Positions 1-13,400 of a stretch of DNA of 64,000 nt are shown here, piece after piece. The DNA is taken from contig CDRNST010000049.1 in NCBI GenBank assembly GCA_977016875.1, positions 3,224,001-3,288,000 on the forward strand. Direction: 5' to 3'. Both the position numbers and the translations under genes were made by a program. The stretch's first letter is position 1. Each line of letters starts with the position of its first letter. The notes beneath the pieces are model-generated. The model worked only from the letters and a program-made list of their open reading frames with translations, was not told where the DNA came from and did not search any database. Source of the stretch: Pavona decussata. Its lineage: Eukaryota.

Positions 1-208
1 ATTCCTTCATATTTTGCAAGTTAAACAGTTTGGAAAAAAATAGACCACATAACGTGAATACTTATTTCTAATGGACCTTTTTGATGGCGTTACCGTCGTG
101 CGTTCGTTTCTCCTTATTTGTTCGAGATCATTAAAAGTAGCAAACGTTTCATAACAATTCTAATGCTACAAGAATAAAACCTTTCTTTCCAAATACGTTA
201 TGAATCCT

Positions 209-851
209 TTAACAGTTGTCATGTAAAAGGGATGAAAGCACTGTTGTCAAACAGATTATGAATCCTTTAACAGTCCTTATACCTTAAAAATGAAAACATT
301 TTCACTAAATAGATGATGAACCCTTTGTAGTTGTAAGGCTACAAAAAAGAAAACATTCTTACCAAATACGGTAGAAGGCCCAGTTAACGTGTGAGGTTTT
401 TGTGGAGTCTTGAGTAGTGAAGAGAAATTACCTTTAAATGCTGGAAGATATACAGTGACCAAAATGTCATGCCTGCACCTGCACCGTGTTTTGTATGTTG
501 TTTTTAGTTCATCGGCGTCAAAGCCAACAGTGACACTCTTATAGTTTCTCCAAATCCGACTGTAAACAGTACAATGCTTTTACTGATTAGAATTAGTTCA
601 TTAAATATTTGTTACTTAAAGTGATAAAGAAGAAAATTCCACGAAAGACTTTTAAATGAAATGGTAGAGACTGACTTTTATGTAAGACGTGGCATGCATT
701 CCTTCTCTTATTTTACGTCTTAGCAATATTATCCCACGTAATAACGGACGGATCAGATAATTGACTCTGAGTAAACCCTAGGAATGTCGTACCGAACTTT
801 AGCCCTAGCAACTCAATGTTTGTAGCGGCACAAAAGTTACGGCACATAGCT
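209..851 (-). CDS. Putative 3' part of an unidentified gene (possibly GPI-anchored or decayed); exons 717-851, 363-559, 209-282
   Basis: Three AG/GT-bounded segments join with consistent phases (2-2, 2-1, 1-stop). They give AMCRNFCAATNIELLG...WDNIAKTRIWRNYKSVTVGFDADELKTTYKTRCRCRHDILVTVYLPAFKG...PSTVFGIRTVKGFIICLTTVLSSLLHDNC*, with a hydrophobic C-terminus. No family is recognised, the 852 acceptor lacks a pyrimidine tract, and no clean 5' exons were found. Confidence 0.35.
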
Positions 852-2254
852 CTGTTTTTGTTTTGTTTGTTTTTTATTTTAACTTTATCAATAAGAATGT
901 TAATAGTAACTGTTGGTTTATATCTTACAGTTTCATTCACGTGGGCCTTCTCCTGATCGTCTCAATTCGACTTCTTATGTTTTCATAATTTTTATTATTA
1001 TCCAGCCTTCGATGGTCACCTTCCCATAATATTTGAAGTGTTACATTTTCCTTAGAAAAACCAAGAGGTGAGTTGCGGCCCAGCCTTTTTTGTGAACCAA
1101 CTTTGAGGTGTTTACGAAATCGGATGAAACGCTCTTTGGAGTGTTTGATATAGCCTTTCAAATTGCGTTCGATGTTATGAGGAGACATCCCAGGAAGGAA
1201 AAAATTTAGCGACTTTATGCTAAGTTTTGTTTAGGAAAGAAAACGTGTCTGAAGCATTTTTAAAATATACTGCGTACGCGTGACATAGCATATCATCAAA
1301 GTCGGCAAGGAACACTCTTTTTAGGATGACATTTTGTGGTCACACGCTTAAAGAACAACATATAGTCATACTTGTATTGTCGCTCTCGTACACCTCGTTG
1401 TTGCGGACACTTGGCGTAACCGTAGATGAATCATTCGATAGAATTTGTCACAAATTGCAAAACGAAAACGCTGATGAAATTGCGCAATGACTGGGAAAGT
1501 GTAAGATGTGAAGGCCATGTTGAAGGCAGAATTAAAAACAAAAATTAATACTTTACATGTGCCTATGCTCTTGCGAACTGTCTATGAGCGTTTGTTTGTA
1601 CGCCTGGCTCAAGTTCAAGAACTCGAATGCAAAACAATAATCTCAAACATATTTTCCTACTTTCAATTGCAGGGAAGCATTGAGAAACCTTTAGACTCTG
1701 GTTCACGTCTATCAAGTGACCGTGGGATGATAAAAATTCTCGCATTGAAAATCGCGATAGCGCCAAAGTTCACTTATTGCAAAACGATTAAAAAACAGAA
1801 AAGGTCAGAATCATATGTTGGTCTTTCCATGTTTCACTCACTCCACGTTCGCAATCACATGAAGCAGTCAAGAAATGTCTACTGTCCGGTTTTGTTGCAT
1901 TGCCCCTTCGTGCACAAGACCTCAGCCATGTCAGTATGGCAAGGTTAGTAAAATACATTCTTAATTCAAGAGAAAACAAAGGAAATCACAGTACCGTGAA
2001 GGAGGGTTTGGAAATGTGGTCTTTATTAACATAAAACTGAGTTGGTGAACTATTGCTTTGAATTTCTCCAAGAATTATAAGTAGTTTCAGAAGATATGTA
2101 AAAATCTCGAAAGATATTTTTATCGCCTCGAAGTTGCCTAAAAAATATTGGCGGCGTTTCGTTTTTCAAGCCACTTCTCGATGTTTGGAAAACGGATGAA
2201 ACAATCTTCCTCGTACTTGATTTGTTACTTCCGAATAGGTCACTACGTTCTGGT

Positions 2255-2538
2255 GCCCGGGGGGGGGCTCTCATATGAAAGGGGCGGGGATGCTCGTCGG
2301 ATTTTTTGAATTAAACCCCTAAAGGAGACCAATCTGGGCGTGGCTCAAGCTCTTTCTGACCCCCAAAAGAGACCATTTTCAAACAAAGACAAACAAAAAA
2401 TACAGTCACTTTCTGCAAGAAACGAGACCTTCACGACTAAATTTAATGTCGTTTTGCCCATGACATCCTAAGTGAGACCAAAATTTACACCCCTAGAATC
2501 CCCGCCCCTGTCATATAAGAGTCCTCCCCCCCCTCCGG
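2255..2538. mobile_element. Non-autonomous DNA-transposon-like repeat with CCCGGGGGGG...CCCCCCTCCGG ends
   Basis: G-run/C-run inverted ends, non-coding interior; resembles a common anthozoan interspersed repeat (from memory). Confidence 0.5.
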
Positions 2539-2840
2539 TTCTGGTGATCCACCCGACAACGCTTTGTGTCGCATGAGGAGACACAAAAACAATTAAAAAT
2601 CATCGAGAGATAATGATGACCTCTTGAATCATCATGCAATGCTTCTTCAAATGTATATGTACAGATTAAATTTCTATGTACATTTTGACACAATTTGATA
2701 CTCCATGATACACTATTCAACATTTGTTCAACACTAATTAATTGATTACATTACATACATTACATACTAGGCTCAATTTCCGCCGCTCCCTCGGATCGAG
2801 CGGCTGGTAATCGAGCCTAATTACATACTTAATAATCCTG

Positions 2841-3079
2841 GGCCGGGTTGTTCGAAAGCTGATTAAGGCTAAACCGCGATTAAAAGTTAATCCAGGTTTT
2901 CATCTCGCTCATTAAAAATGATTTTAAAGGCTCATTTTAAGCTTATGGTAAAGAAAAGTCTAAGGCAAAACTTAGGGACAAAAATCTTTTGGACGAATTC
3001 TTATGGATTAGTAAACATACTCGAATCAAAGTTCACGTTAACCCAGGATTAGCTTAATTGGGCTTTGAACAACTGGGCC
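2841..3079. mobile_element. PIF/Harbinger-like MITE (GGCC-GGTTGTTCGAAAGC family), CTG target-site duplication
   Basis: TIRs GGCCGGGTTGTTCGAAAGC / GCTTTGAACAACTGGGCC flanked by CTG at 2838-2840 and 3080-3082; related copies at 5774-6012, 32590-32780 and 42058-42298. Confidence 0.85.
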
Positions 3080-3258
3080 CTGGATTAACGTTGAGCCGTG
3101 TGTCATTACATCAATAACACAACATTGCTTTACATTTACACATGGAGGCGTGAAGTCACGACCGTGGAAAAGACGTTCGTATTTTTTTCAAAATTAAATA
3201 AAGGTGAGTTGTTGCAATTCTCGGTTAGCAAACACCCACAGAAATGGCTGTTTTTATA

Positions 3259-3318
3259 CCAGAGGACGCATTATCCATCTGAACGAACTTGGGAAAACAT
3301 TTGTAGTTCGTCTGGTTG

Positions 3319-3356
<38 letters not shown>

Positions 3357-3422
3357 GCGCCTGGACGAACTAAAGACGAACAAAGGTAGATAGTTCCTCC
3401 AGAAGTATAATGCGTCCTCTAG
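3259..3422. mobile_element. TA-flanked MITE (CTAGAGGACGCATTA TIR) in the presumed 3' UTR of the FLACC1-like gene
   Basis: TIRs CCAGAGGACGCATTA / TAATGCGTCCTCTAG with TA on both sides; related copy at 54732-54926. Confidence 0.75.
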
Positions 3423-3482
3423 TATAAACCCGGCAAATAAATATAATAAATAAACCGGCACTTCGTCGACAGCTTTCAAATT

Positions 3483-6400
3483 TCAACTTAAAAATTCCCT
3501 TTGAGCTCGAAGATTTTCTATTCCTTGATTTGAAATGTTCACAGGTGTAGGCACCAGGCTCTCTCGAGCTCCAGAGCGCGCGCTAGTGTTTAGAGCCCTG
3601 GGACTATACACGTTGCCGTGATGAGAAGTGTGTGGTCTTGGCTTGTCAGATTCCGACTTGGCCCCAGGAGTTATTGGTTTTATCGTTGGTGCTTCGTCAT
3701 CGCTGACGGTAGCTGTTAATTTTTCAGCCGTGGAAACCTCGTTCCTTGTTGATGGAGCACTCAGTGGTCGCCTTTTGCGCACGCTCAGTTCTGAATTCAG
3801 AACATCCGTGTTTTGGTTTCGGAGGGCTGTTAGACTGACGTCACACCTCGTTCGGGCAAGAATAACGGCCTGACGAAGAAAGGAAAGACAGTCAATTAAA
3901 AGTAGATCAACAAATTCACATCAAGAATCAAGCCTACTGTAATCGAATTAAAGAATTTGAGTGCTATTCTCAGATGACATCAAAAACGTAGCTAGTTTGG
4001 TCAAATTCTACCAGTTAATTAAGAAGAAAGAGAGACATTAATTACACTTTATTCGATTAAAGTTAATGGCGGTATCTTTACCTGTAAAGTGCTTTTGGCT
4101 GTGCGAACGGAACTTTCCTATTGTAAGAAAAACAAGGAAAAAAAGAACACTTTCTTTTTAGATATAGTAAGGGTAAAGTACTTTTCCAATGTTACCTATC
4201 AAACAGCAAGGTGGCTCATTGATACTTAATGTAAGAATGATGTCATTCCCCCCTCCTACACAGGTGACAATGATGACACGAAAATGTTTTCTTAGGAACG
4301 TCAGTTCCGCTGTCACTTATTACATTTCTCTAAAATTAACTACCGCATGCCGCTAAACTCATGAACTTATTTGGAAGTAATTTTGAATTTTTCCTTTCAG
4401 AGGGTACAGTATCCCTTGACTCATAAATAAAATAACCGTTTGTCTCACGATGTAGTCACTCAAGTTCTATATGGCGACATTTCCACTGTGCCCGCCAATC
4501 ACAGCTGACCTTCGTGACAATGCAATTTCGGTTTTACGGCAATGCCTTAAGGTTGGTTCTCATATAATCGCTACGATCGTTAGGATGGTTATGATCGCTG
4601 CAAAATGCGACTAGCGATCCAAGCGATCATATGAGAATCGCTCTGTTCGGCGATCATAGCGATCTTAATGATCGTAGCGATCACAGCGATCATATGAGAA
4701 TCGCTCTGTTCGGCGATCATAGCGATCTTAATGATCGTAGCGATCATATGAGAATCGCTCTGTTAGGTGATCATAGCGATCTTAATGATCGTAGCGATCA
4801 CGATCGCTGACTTAGAAAAATTCGATCGATCGTAGCGATTATATGAGAACCAGCCTTAAGAGCGCTATTCAGCCTTCCTGTTACTTATGAAGCGAGAGGA
4901 TGATCATTCAACTTCGATAAATGTTATATTCCCCTCTCGGCAAATCAGTAACTGCGTCAGATGGCAGCAATCATCAGACTTTATAAAGAAATCGTACCTG
5001 CTCTAGATCTTGTTCTGTTTTCAGTTGGAACAGTTGTTCACATTTCTTGATATAGTGACGCCTGAAAAGAGGATATTAACAGTCAAACATAACTTCTGCG
5101 AAAACTATGAAAAAGTTCCAGCAGCAGTGAGGCGACACAAAAATACATCCTCGGAGAGGCGTGGGCAGATAACCGGATTAGGATGAGGAATTTTGCGGGA
5201 GAAATTGAGCAAAATATTATCAAATGGGAGTTAAGGAATCTTCGCTCCATCCCGAGTCATCATGCTCCTGAGTCTCGGAGGATGTATGAAAAAGTACCAA
5301 TTATGGAGTTCATCCGGTAAACCTTGGTGGATACAATGTGACTGGTATACAGTGATACGAATTAAAATGTGTTTTTTGGCAGAAAAATAACCGAAAGCGC
5401 ATTACCATTAATTACATTAAAAGTCATGCTCATACCGACTGTTAAAAATACAAGTTTGAAATTACATAAAAATGCGCGCAGCCCGCCAGAGAGTGCAGCA
5501 AAGCGGTTTCATTTGATGCTCTATGTTTCAATAATTTGGAATCTGAGATCAGATTTGAATCCAGTTTTGAAAGCATTTAGCCTGCGACACACTAGATGAT
5601 TCTATTCTCCGATCGCGGCGAATTTGATCGACAGCGAAAATCGCTCGCCACCGATTAATGCTGACACACTTGGCGATTTTTTCGCCGATCGCGGCGATGT
5701 GGCACTTCAACCTAGTTCCCAGGCTCCATCGAAGAGCGTTTTGAAAACTCGTGTGATAAATTCGCCCAACCTGGGACCAGTTGTTCAAACGCTGGATAAC
5801 TTTATCCTGTGGATAAGTCACTATCCGACAGTTTCAATCTGTGTAAAAATTTCAGTATTTCCTCTTGTACAAGCGAATATGCACACCCTAACCACAGTTA
5901 AGTTTGGGAGTGTACGAAAACCTTGGACAACGTTTAACGTGAAGTATATTTTAGACCCTGAATAGTGCCTTATCCAGCGGATTAAGTTATCCGGCCTTTG
6001 AACAACTGGGGCCTGATTGGTTGACTTTACTGGCGATTCGCAGCGATGAGCGAAGAAAATCGCGGGAACGGGCACTCTGGGCGAGTACCGGCGAATTTAA
6101 TCGCCAATATCTGAAATGCCAAATATCGACGATTTTATACGCCGATCACGGCGATCGGCGATAATCGTAATCGCTGCAGCTAGCGGGCACCCCTGGCGAT
6201 TTTCGCGGATCGCGGCGATCGGCGTATAAAATCGCGTAGTGTCACCGACTTTACGGAGACAGAAACTAGTAGCTACTAGCCACAGACTATAAAAAGTACA
6301 CAGTTACGTAAGTCGTGTACACTAAAAGCCAGCCTGGTTAGATCCTCCTAAAAGACAAAACAACACTAGCCAAATGATGGCATAGAAAGCAATTGTACGG

Positions 6401-9400
6401 AACAGGCTCCAAAGAGCAAACTAATTAAAGTAAAGCATTTTGAGTTCTTTTCAAACAACGGTTTGTGAGTATGACTTAGCTTGTCTTACCTCAAGTCAGT
6501 ATTGTCTGACATCAGACCCTGCATTCTCATAGAATATCTATTGTCCACTTCCTCCACCTGAAAAAATTAAATAATGAGGGACAAAATTTATTTCTAGCGT
6601 TTTTAACGTCCATGGCCAACTTGATACACGTAAAGGAAAGGTAAACTAGCCAATAACTTTCGCTTTTTTTGAAACGAACACGAATAGAAAGCTTTTACGC
6701 TAAACCATCTGGCCATAATAAAAGATCACTTATGATGTAAAAATGTCAGGGCCAAAAATTTAGCACCAAAACACGAGCTTTCTGTACTATTTTGGTGCCT
6801 TTCTTAAGCGAATACGAAAGAATTTCTGTCACGTGAGCATAATGGTCGTTTAATCGTGACAAACGGTTCTGATAAATCACTGAAGTTCTTATTTGATTCT
6901 TATCCACAGTCTTTGCTAAGGAAGCCGGGGTTTTGCAAAGAATATTTTTATGTCATCACGGATTAACAACGACTATGGGTACAGACTTCCATAATTTTAT
7001 AAGAATATTCTGTAGAGTGATGAGCAAACTGGGAACATCAATTTATGTGAGAGAAATCCATCGTAACTCACTCGAGAAAGGCACCGAAATAGTGCCGTGA
7101 GAGCTCGTCTTTGGAGCTACATTTCACCTCCAATAGGTATCAATTTCGTATCTTCTTAGAATAAGGGAGCAAATTTTTTTCTTATCTTATTATTATATGA
7201 TGGGTGGAGACAGTTTGTGCCGAAGCAAACGATTTGCTGTTTTCCGTTTGGCTGACGTTTTTCACAGGTCATTAGCAAAATACTTCAAAAGCAGTGAATG
7301 AAACTCTTGCGGTGTTGTTATGCGCCTCCAAATGGAAAGTCAAATCAGGTTTGGATGTTTTGTTAAATGCAGTGGGCGTTAGCACTTCAACAGCATCACA
7401 CCATTTGTAAGGTGATTTTCTTACTCTTTTTTCCAAAACCAATTTCATCTAGAGACCACTGTTTTACAGATGTGAAAGACCTTGTAACATACTTGCTCTT
7501 AAAAAAAAGGGTCTGACGCCATGAATGGAAAACGGAACATACAACTAAAACAACACAACACTTGACACAAACCTTTTCGGCAAAGTGTTCTTCAAATGCT
7601 GCTAATTTTACTTTCTGCAGAAATAAAAACAGTGAAATGAAGACATGAGTTCTTTGGCCATCTGCCACAGACTCCCTTATCATGTAAAGATATCGCGACC
7701 AGATTCAGCGAGGTTTCAGTCAGGTCACCCTTAGGCCGCTATTTAGAATTTTCCTTACATTAAATACAGCATTCCAGCAAAATTTCTCAAAAACCTACAT
7801 GAAGAGTTTAGGTTAATTAATTAATCGAAACAAGACGTTCTACTGGTATTTTTTTTCAACAAGAATAGTGCGAGCACACGAATTTGAGGATCAACCGTTC
7901 CAATTGTTTGTATACACTTTTTAGAAACTGGCTTATTTACATTCAATCAAATTTTCTATACATACTTTCGAAAACACTGCAAAATTTGTGGAGACCCTTA
8001 TTATCCCCTTGAACTCATCCATGGATAAGGAATCACGTGTATTCCGCCGGGCAACACGAAAGGTGTAAACTTGACCCTCAGGTTCAAATTTCCCACCCCA
8101 CCCAGGTAAAGTTCAAATCCCCAACCCTCTAGAGGGCCTTCCGTGTCAAATACCCTTCTTCCCCGGCTCGGAAGATGGGAAAGATAGGGGAATGCCCGGG
8201 GAAGGGGGGAGGGGGGGGGGGGGGTTGAAGGTTCAAATTGATCGTCGCATAAGGGAATACATATAAATGGTGTGTATTGATTGTCGTTGTCGCCGTGATC
8301 TTTTATCTGTCGTTTCAGTGCCAAACAAGTCACCACGTTGCCTACGCAAGAACGTTGGCTTGCCAGATGTTTGGCGGTAAATGTACTCCGAAACCTACGG
8401 CATTTTCGTATAAGACATGAAAAATGTCATCATTTTTTGGTGCGACGAGTAAAGGAGGGCGATAACTGAATTAGGAAAGGCATCCCTCTCATCCTCCTTG
8501 TTTTCAGTTAAAGATATCAAAAATGTAGAAAGAAATACCTTGTCTTCCAGTTCCATCTGTGTCTTTCTAAGAATTTCTGATTTGGTTTTAAGTTTTTCTT
8601 CAAGTTCCTGTTTTTTCTGTTTTAACATCTGTGTACACACAAAAAAAGTCACAAATTAAAATCAAAGAAAAGAGTATTGATTTGTGGCAACTATACCCCG
8701 CAACCTTTGGTCCGTTCATCAAACCCAAGTGTAAGCTTACAAGAATCGTGCGTCGATAGCAAAAGAGCAAAAGGTATAGTTCACCACTAAATTACATGAG
8801 GATATATGAGTCAGTACGTAGCAGCCTAAATGCAGCAAAGAAAAGGAACTGTAATGTGGTATGAGCCGTCGTTAAGCCTGCCTGCTTTTTGGGTGGATCA
8901 TATACACAAGCTTATGAGAGATTCCCGTTAGCGGATGCTTATCAGCCCTGGGGGAGGGGGGGGGAGGAGGCAAATCTTCGTAAGAGAACATTTCCTGCTA
9001 GATACCTGCATCTCCAAAAGCGCTGACTTGAGTTGCTCAGAATCTTGCACACACTCAGCAAACTTCTCCATTAAGTTCTAAATTAAAGAAAAACGGTTAA
9101 AGTGTTAAGAAAATTAGCATTACTGTATATAAGAGACATGTTGGTGTATACATGATCAAGGTGGGGGGGGGGGGTGTATTAATTATTTCTTCGGTATCAA
9201 ACTTTCAAACAAACTATTAAGTTTAGTTGATAGTTTTGACTCTAGTGTAAAAATTGCTATTGTTTAAGTTCAGTCGTTGTTATTCGTTTGTTCCTCGGTA
9301 ACCTAATTCTCTGTTTTCAAACAAAAGATACTTATGAGCCAAGCCGTACTTTGAGAAACCTTAACATATTAACTGGCTGTCCATTATTGTGTGTGGAAAA

Positions 9401-10395
9401 CAATTCACTTTCACCTTGGTTTTGTTTCACTACAACCTTTAATAATATTGGTTTAACAAAAACGTATGCCGCAATCGCGAGTTGCTTATCCAGGTTTTTC
9501 CGCATGTGGCGCTTTACAAGTACTAGTATTATTTGCTCCAATGTTTGAATTGATTCATACCGATTGGCCAGAGCAATTGCTTACGACAGAGAAAAGAAAA
9601 CAACCCTGAACAGAAAATAGTCTTACTTGACTATTAATTACAGTAGCCATTTTTATCATTCAAGCTTTGGCAATGTGATAAACAACAAGGAATACGAGTC
9701 TTTATAACCTCAGTACAAAATAAACTAGCGTCAAATACTTACATCGACCTCCTTCTTGTGGTCTTCAACTAAAACTTGAATTTGTCTTTGAAACTCTTTG
9801 TTTAATCCATCTATCTCTTTGCTTTTCTCATGAAGCATTTCTCTTCCTATTACAGTAATGAAAACTCTCGTTAGTTCTATAAGCAGTACAATGCAGTTTA
9901 CATCAGTCAAAAGGCTTGCTCCTCAGTTTGACACACAGGTTTACCATCCGCTGTTTGTAAAGTGGAATGCCTGTGTGACGACGGTTGTCTAATTCAATAA
10001 AGCATACCTCAGTGACCGACTATCACGTAAACACGCAATCTCATTGGCTATACAGGTGCCGTCTGCACCTGGAGCTGGTCAATCTTTGAAAATGGCTTCA
10101 ACTTCGCGTTTTCGTGAAGTTTCTGAAGACGACATAGGAAATGTTTTACAAAGTGCTATTCCAGAGAAAACCAAGAGAGCCAAAAGGTATGGAATGAAGA
10201 TTTTTAAAGGTCAGCGCACAATAAAACACCGTGTTATATTTTAAACAATGAAAACATTGTGTAGCTTTGTTTTGATGATGAATGAACTTTGCAAATTCGA
10301 CACTTCGTCACAACGCACGATTTAGCATGCATGATTGATTGATTGATTGATTGATCGATCGATCGATCGATCGATCGATCGATCGATCGATCGAT

Positions 10396-10474
<79 letters not shown>

Positions 10475-13400
10475 GGTAGTATGCTAAATCAACTAGACGG
10501 CTTGCTGTCGGTTGGTGACAGTAAGCTCGGGGATCAGCCGATAGAAACCTCGAGCTTGCCGCCTAATAATAGCCACCCTAACGGCGACGTTTAAGACCTT
10601 TTCAAAGGATTAAAGTGAAATAACACACGGTGTTACATTTTGATGTTCCATCGTATTTTGTTGATCTGAGGCTCGCGAGAACGGCTTTTCTAAATTTATT
10701 AGATGTTTGATCCTCAAAAGACAAGAAAAAGAACCAAAACCAAAGAAATGTCATTTCGCTTCTGCGTGCTCAGAAAAGAAGAAAAAGATTATTTGTGCAA
10801 AATTCAATACAATTTGTCTCCAGGCTGCCTTATGAACTGCTTAAAGAGACCTGAGGAATGGGGATCGTTGACCACTAAAAACCTTTTGAGTGAGGTATTA
10901 CCCAAGCAATGGGTTTGTTGCCTGCGAGCTTCTTGACAGAAAAGTAATCTGAATGTAAGAAAGCTGAACACAGCTGAACACATTGCCTCGACTGTCATTA
11001 TACTCACGCTGTTTGGAGAGTTCATCCTCTTTACGTCTTTCATGTTCGTCTCTCAGCTCCTTCTGCAAAAAAAAAATAATAATAATAAATAAGGCCACCC
11101 TTACGGTTACAGTGCAGTAGATCAATGCGTTTTGACATCTACTCTACGTCCCAGCAATGCTTGGCAGCAATTTTTTTCCCCGCAGATTAATGATATACAC
11201 ACATTTCGTTTCCAAGGCAACGGATAATGGCGGTAAATTTGAATTTAACGTCAGCATACTAAAATTTGCTATCGCTAAAAAACGGGAAAAGATTTTGCGA
11301 AATTTATCATCAATAAGAGGACAAACGCATAGAAAAACTGAGGTCAATTTGTTTTATACAATGACAAACGCAAACGAAAGAGGTTAAATCGCGAGTTAAT
11401 CGAGTAGAATGTAAGTTAGAAAGAGACTAAACGCAGGAAATCAAAACATCAGTTTCCTCGCTACACTGAATTGAGTGAATTTCAGGCTCATAAACTAAAC
11501 GTATAAAACAAGAACTCAGTAACCTTTTTTCCAGTGACAATTTTCTCAAAAAAGTCCTCTGAAACGCTGTTTATTTCGGCTCCAGTAGTTCAAGACTAAT
11601 TCAGTCACAACATTAATTCGCGCTCACCACCGATTTGACGAGCCGAACCTCAACAAAGATCCTAAACGTTCCGCTCCAGAGCTTCGCTTTAGTTTCTCTT
11701 GTCTTACCTCAAGTATTAAAACAATTCTCTCATTCAAGAATTCTAGTATTGAGTCTGATGTCCTCGCCAAAACACGAACACGACCCTAAAAAAGTTTTGC
11801 TGATAGCGTCATCTCTGACTTTTCATCGTCTGTAGTCTAATTGATGATAAAAATTAGTCAATGAGAGCGCGAGAATTTTGGCAGTTATTGTAAAAAATGG
11901 TATTGAGCAGCGACCTATATGCCGTATGCATCTACATGAATGCTGCATAAAAATGTGCTTTTGGCATCATTGAGGGTTCAATTAGCACTAACCAGTGTCA
12001 CAGAAATCAAGGTACTGGTACTACACTGGCATGGGTAAATGCCCCAACCATCCTTCGGTGTGTTTATGTTTCGGTATTCGTACACTGAGCTGTTTATGCA
12101 AATATTAGGACATTAGGGCTAAAGCAAATCTGTGCGACACACAAGAGTATCCCAGTAATCATATGAGAAGCAACTCAAGTGCCTCGCTCATTGAGAAAAA
12201 AAATGAGGGAAAGGGACAACTCATAGTCTTACCACTCTTCTCTGCCATTTGAAATCCATTTCAGTCGCCACCGTCTCCTACAGAATAACAAGTGACACCA
12301 ATAAGGCCTTTGCATTGTCAACTTCTGAAAGTACACGTAACCGCATCGTTCCACAACAGTGTTAATTTGATAGATGAATTTTTTTTCAGTCAGGAAACAG
12401 GAAAAGTACTTGGAAAAAGAAAAACCGAGTTCTTACAACAGTAGTCGACTCAAAACACTGTTCACAAAACATAGCATTTATTTCACAGTGCCATAGCGAT
12501 TTCCCGACACTGCTTCATACTGTAGTCAAGAGGTTAAACATCTCACTGAAAGATGACATCAACCACTTACTGATCTTCGTGGAATAAAGGTGCACATACA
12601 GTATACAAGACACCTCCAACCGACCGGGCCACGGTTCCGAGACGATTTAACAAATCCTCGATTTAATAGCGTTTTCTTACTCTTAAAATAACTAATCCAA
12701 GGACAAAAAAAGGCGATCCTGAATTAAAGCGAAGTTCACCCTGGACTAACCATCGGCCCTCGTTAAATTCACACTAAACCGATCAAACAAGTTATTCGTG
12801 TGCACGCGTGCGAGAAAAATGCAGATCGATGCAGAGCGCGAGAAAACAGTTGACTGCAAGGATGGACCTAACCCGATTTACAAATCGATATCCGGCGTAC
12901 ATTACAAACCGCGCGAGGAATGAATTTGGCACATCCATAAGAGAGAATTCGCTAGTGCTTCTAAATAAGATCACTTTCTTTCTCTTTTTTTTCGTCTTTT
13001 ATAGGATCGCTTTAACGCGGCTTTATTGCATTTCTCACAAGTTTATAGGTAGTTTATTTCACTCAAGAACTCTTACATGGAAATATGTCAGGATTCTGCC
13101 CCCGATGACTTTTAACCTGAATAACATTTTAAGCCATGAAACTTCAGGACATTTTCAGAAATTTACCTAGGAAAAGTTTGATGTGGAGTGTTAGTGTTCA
13201 TTGACTTTGGTGTTACCATGGCAACAATTTTTGACGTGCAGTTTTTTTCAGAAAATGAAAAATACCTTTTAATGAAGAAAAATTACTTTTGTTACTTTAA
13301 CTATTGTGTTTGTAGTTCATATTAGTGTTCCTTTATTGGTTTTGATTACTTTTCGCTTAATTTCGGCGATTTCCTGAAGTTTTGGGGAAATCCAGAAATC

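Noticed and set aside
1508-1948. 146-aa plus-strand ORF
   Set aside because: GTG start, no recognisable domain or splice support; likely a chance ORF.
4623-4800. CRISPR-like repeat array
   Set aside because: The units are contiguous with no unique spacers, lie inside a TIR element, and the context is eukaryotic with no cas genes.
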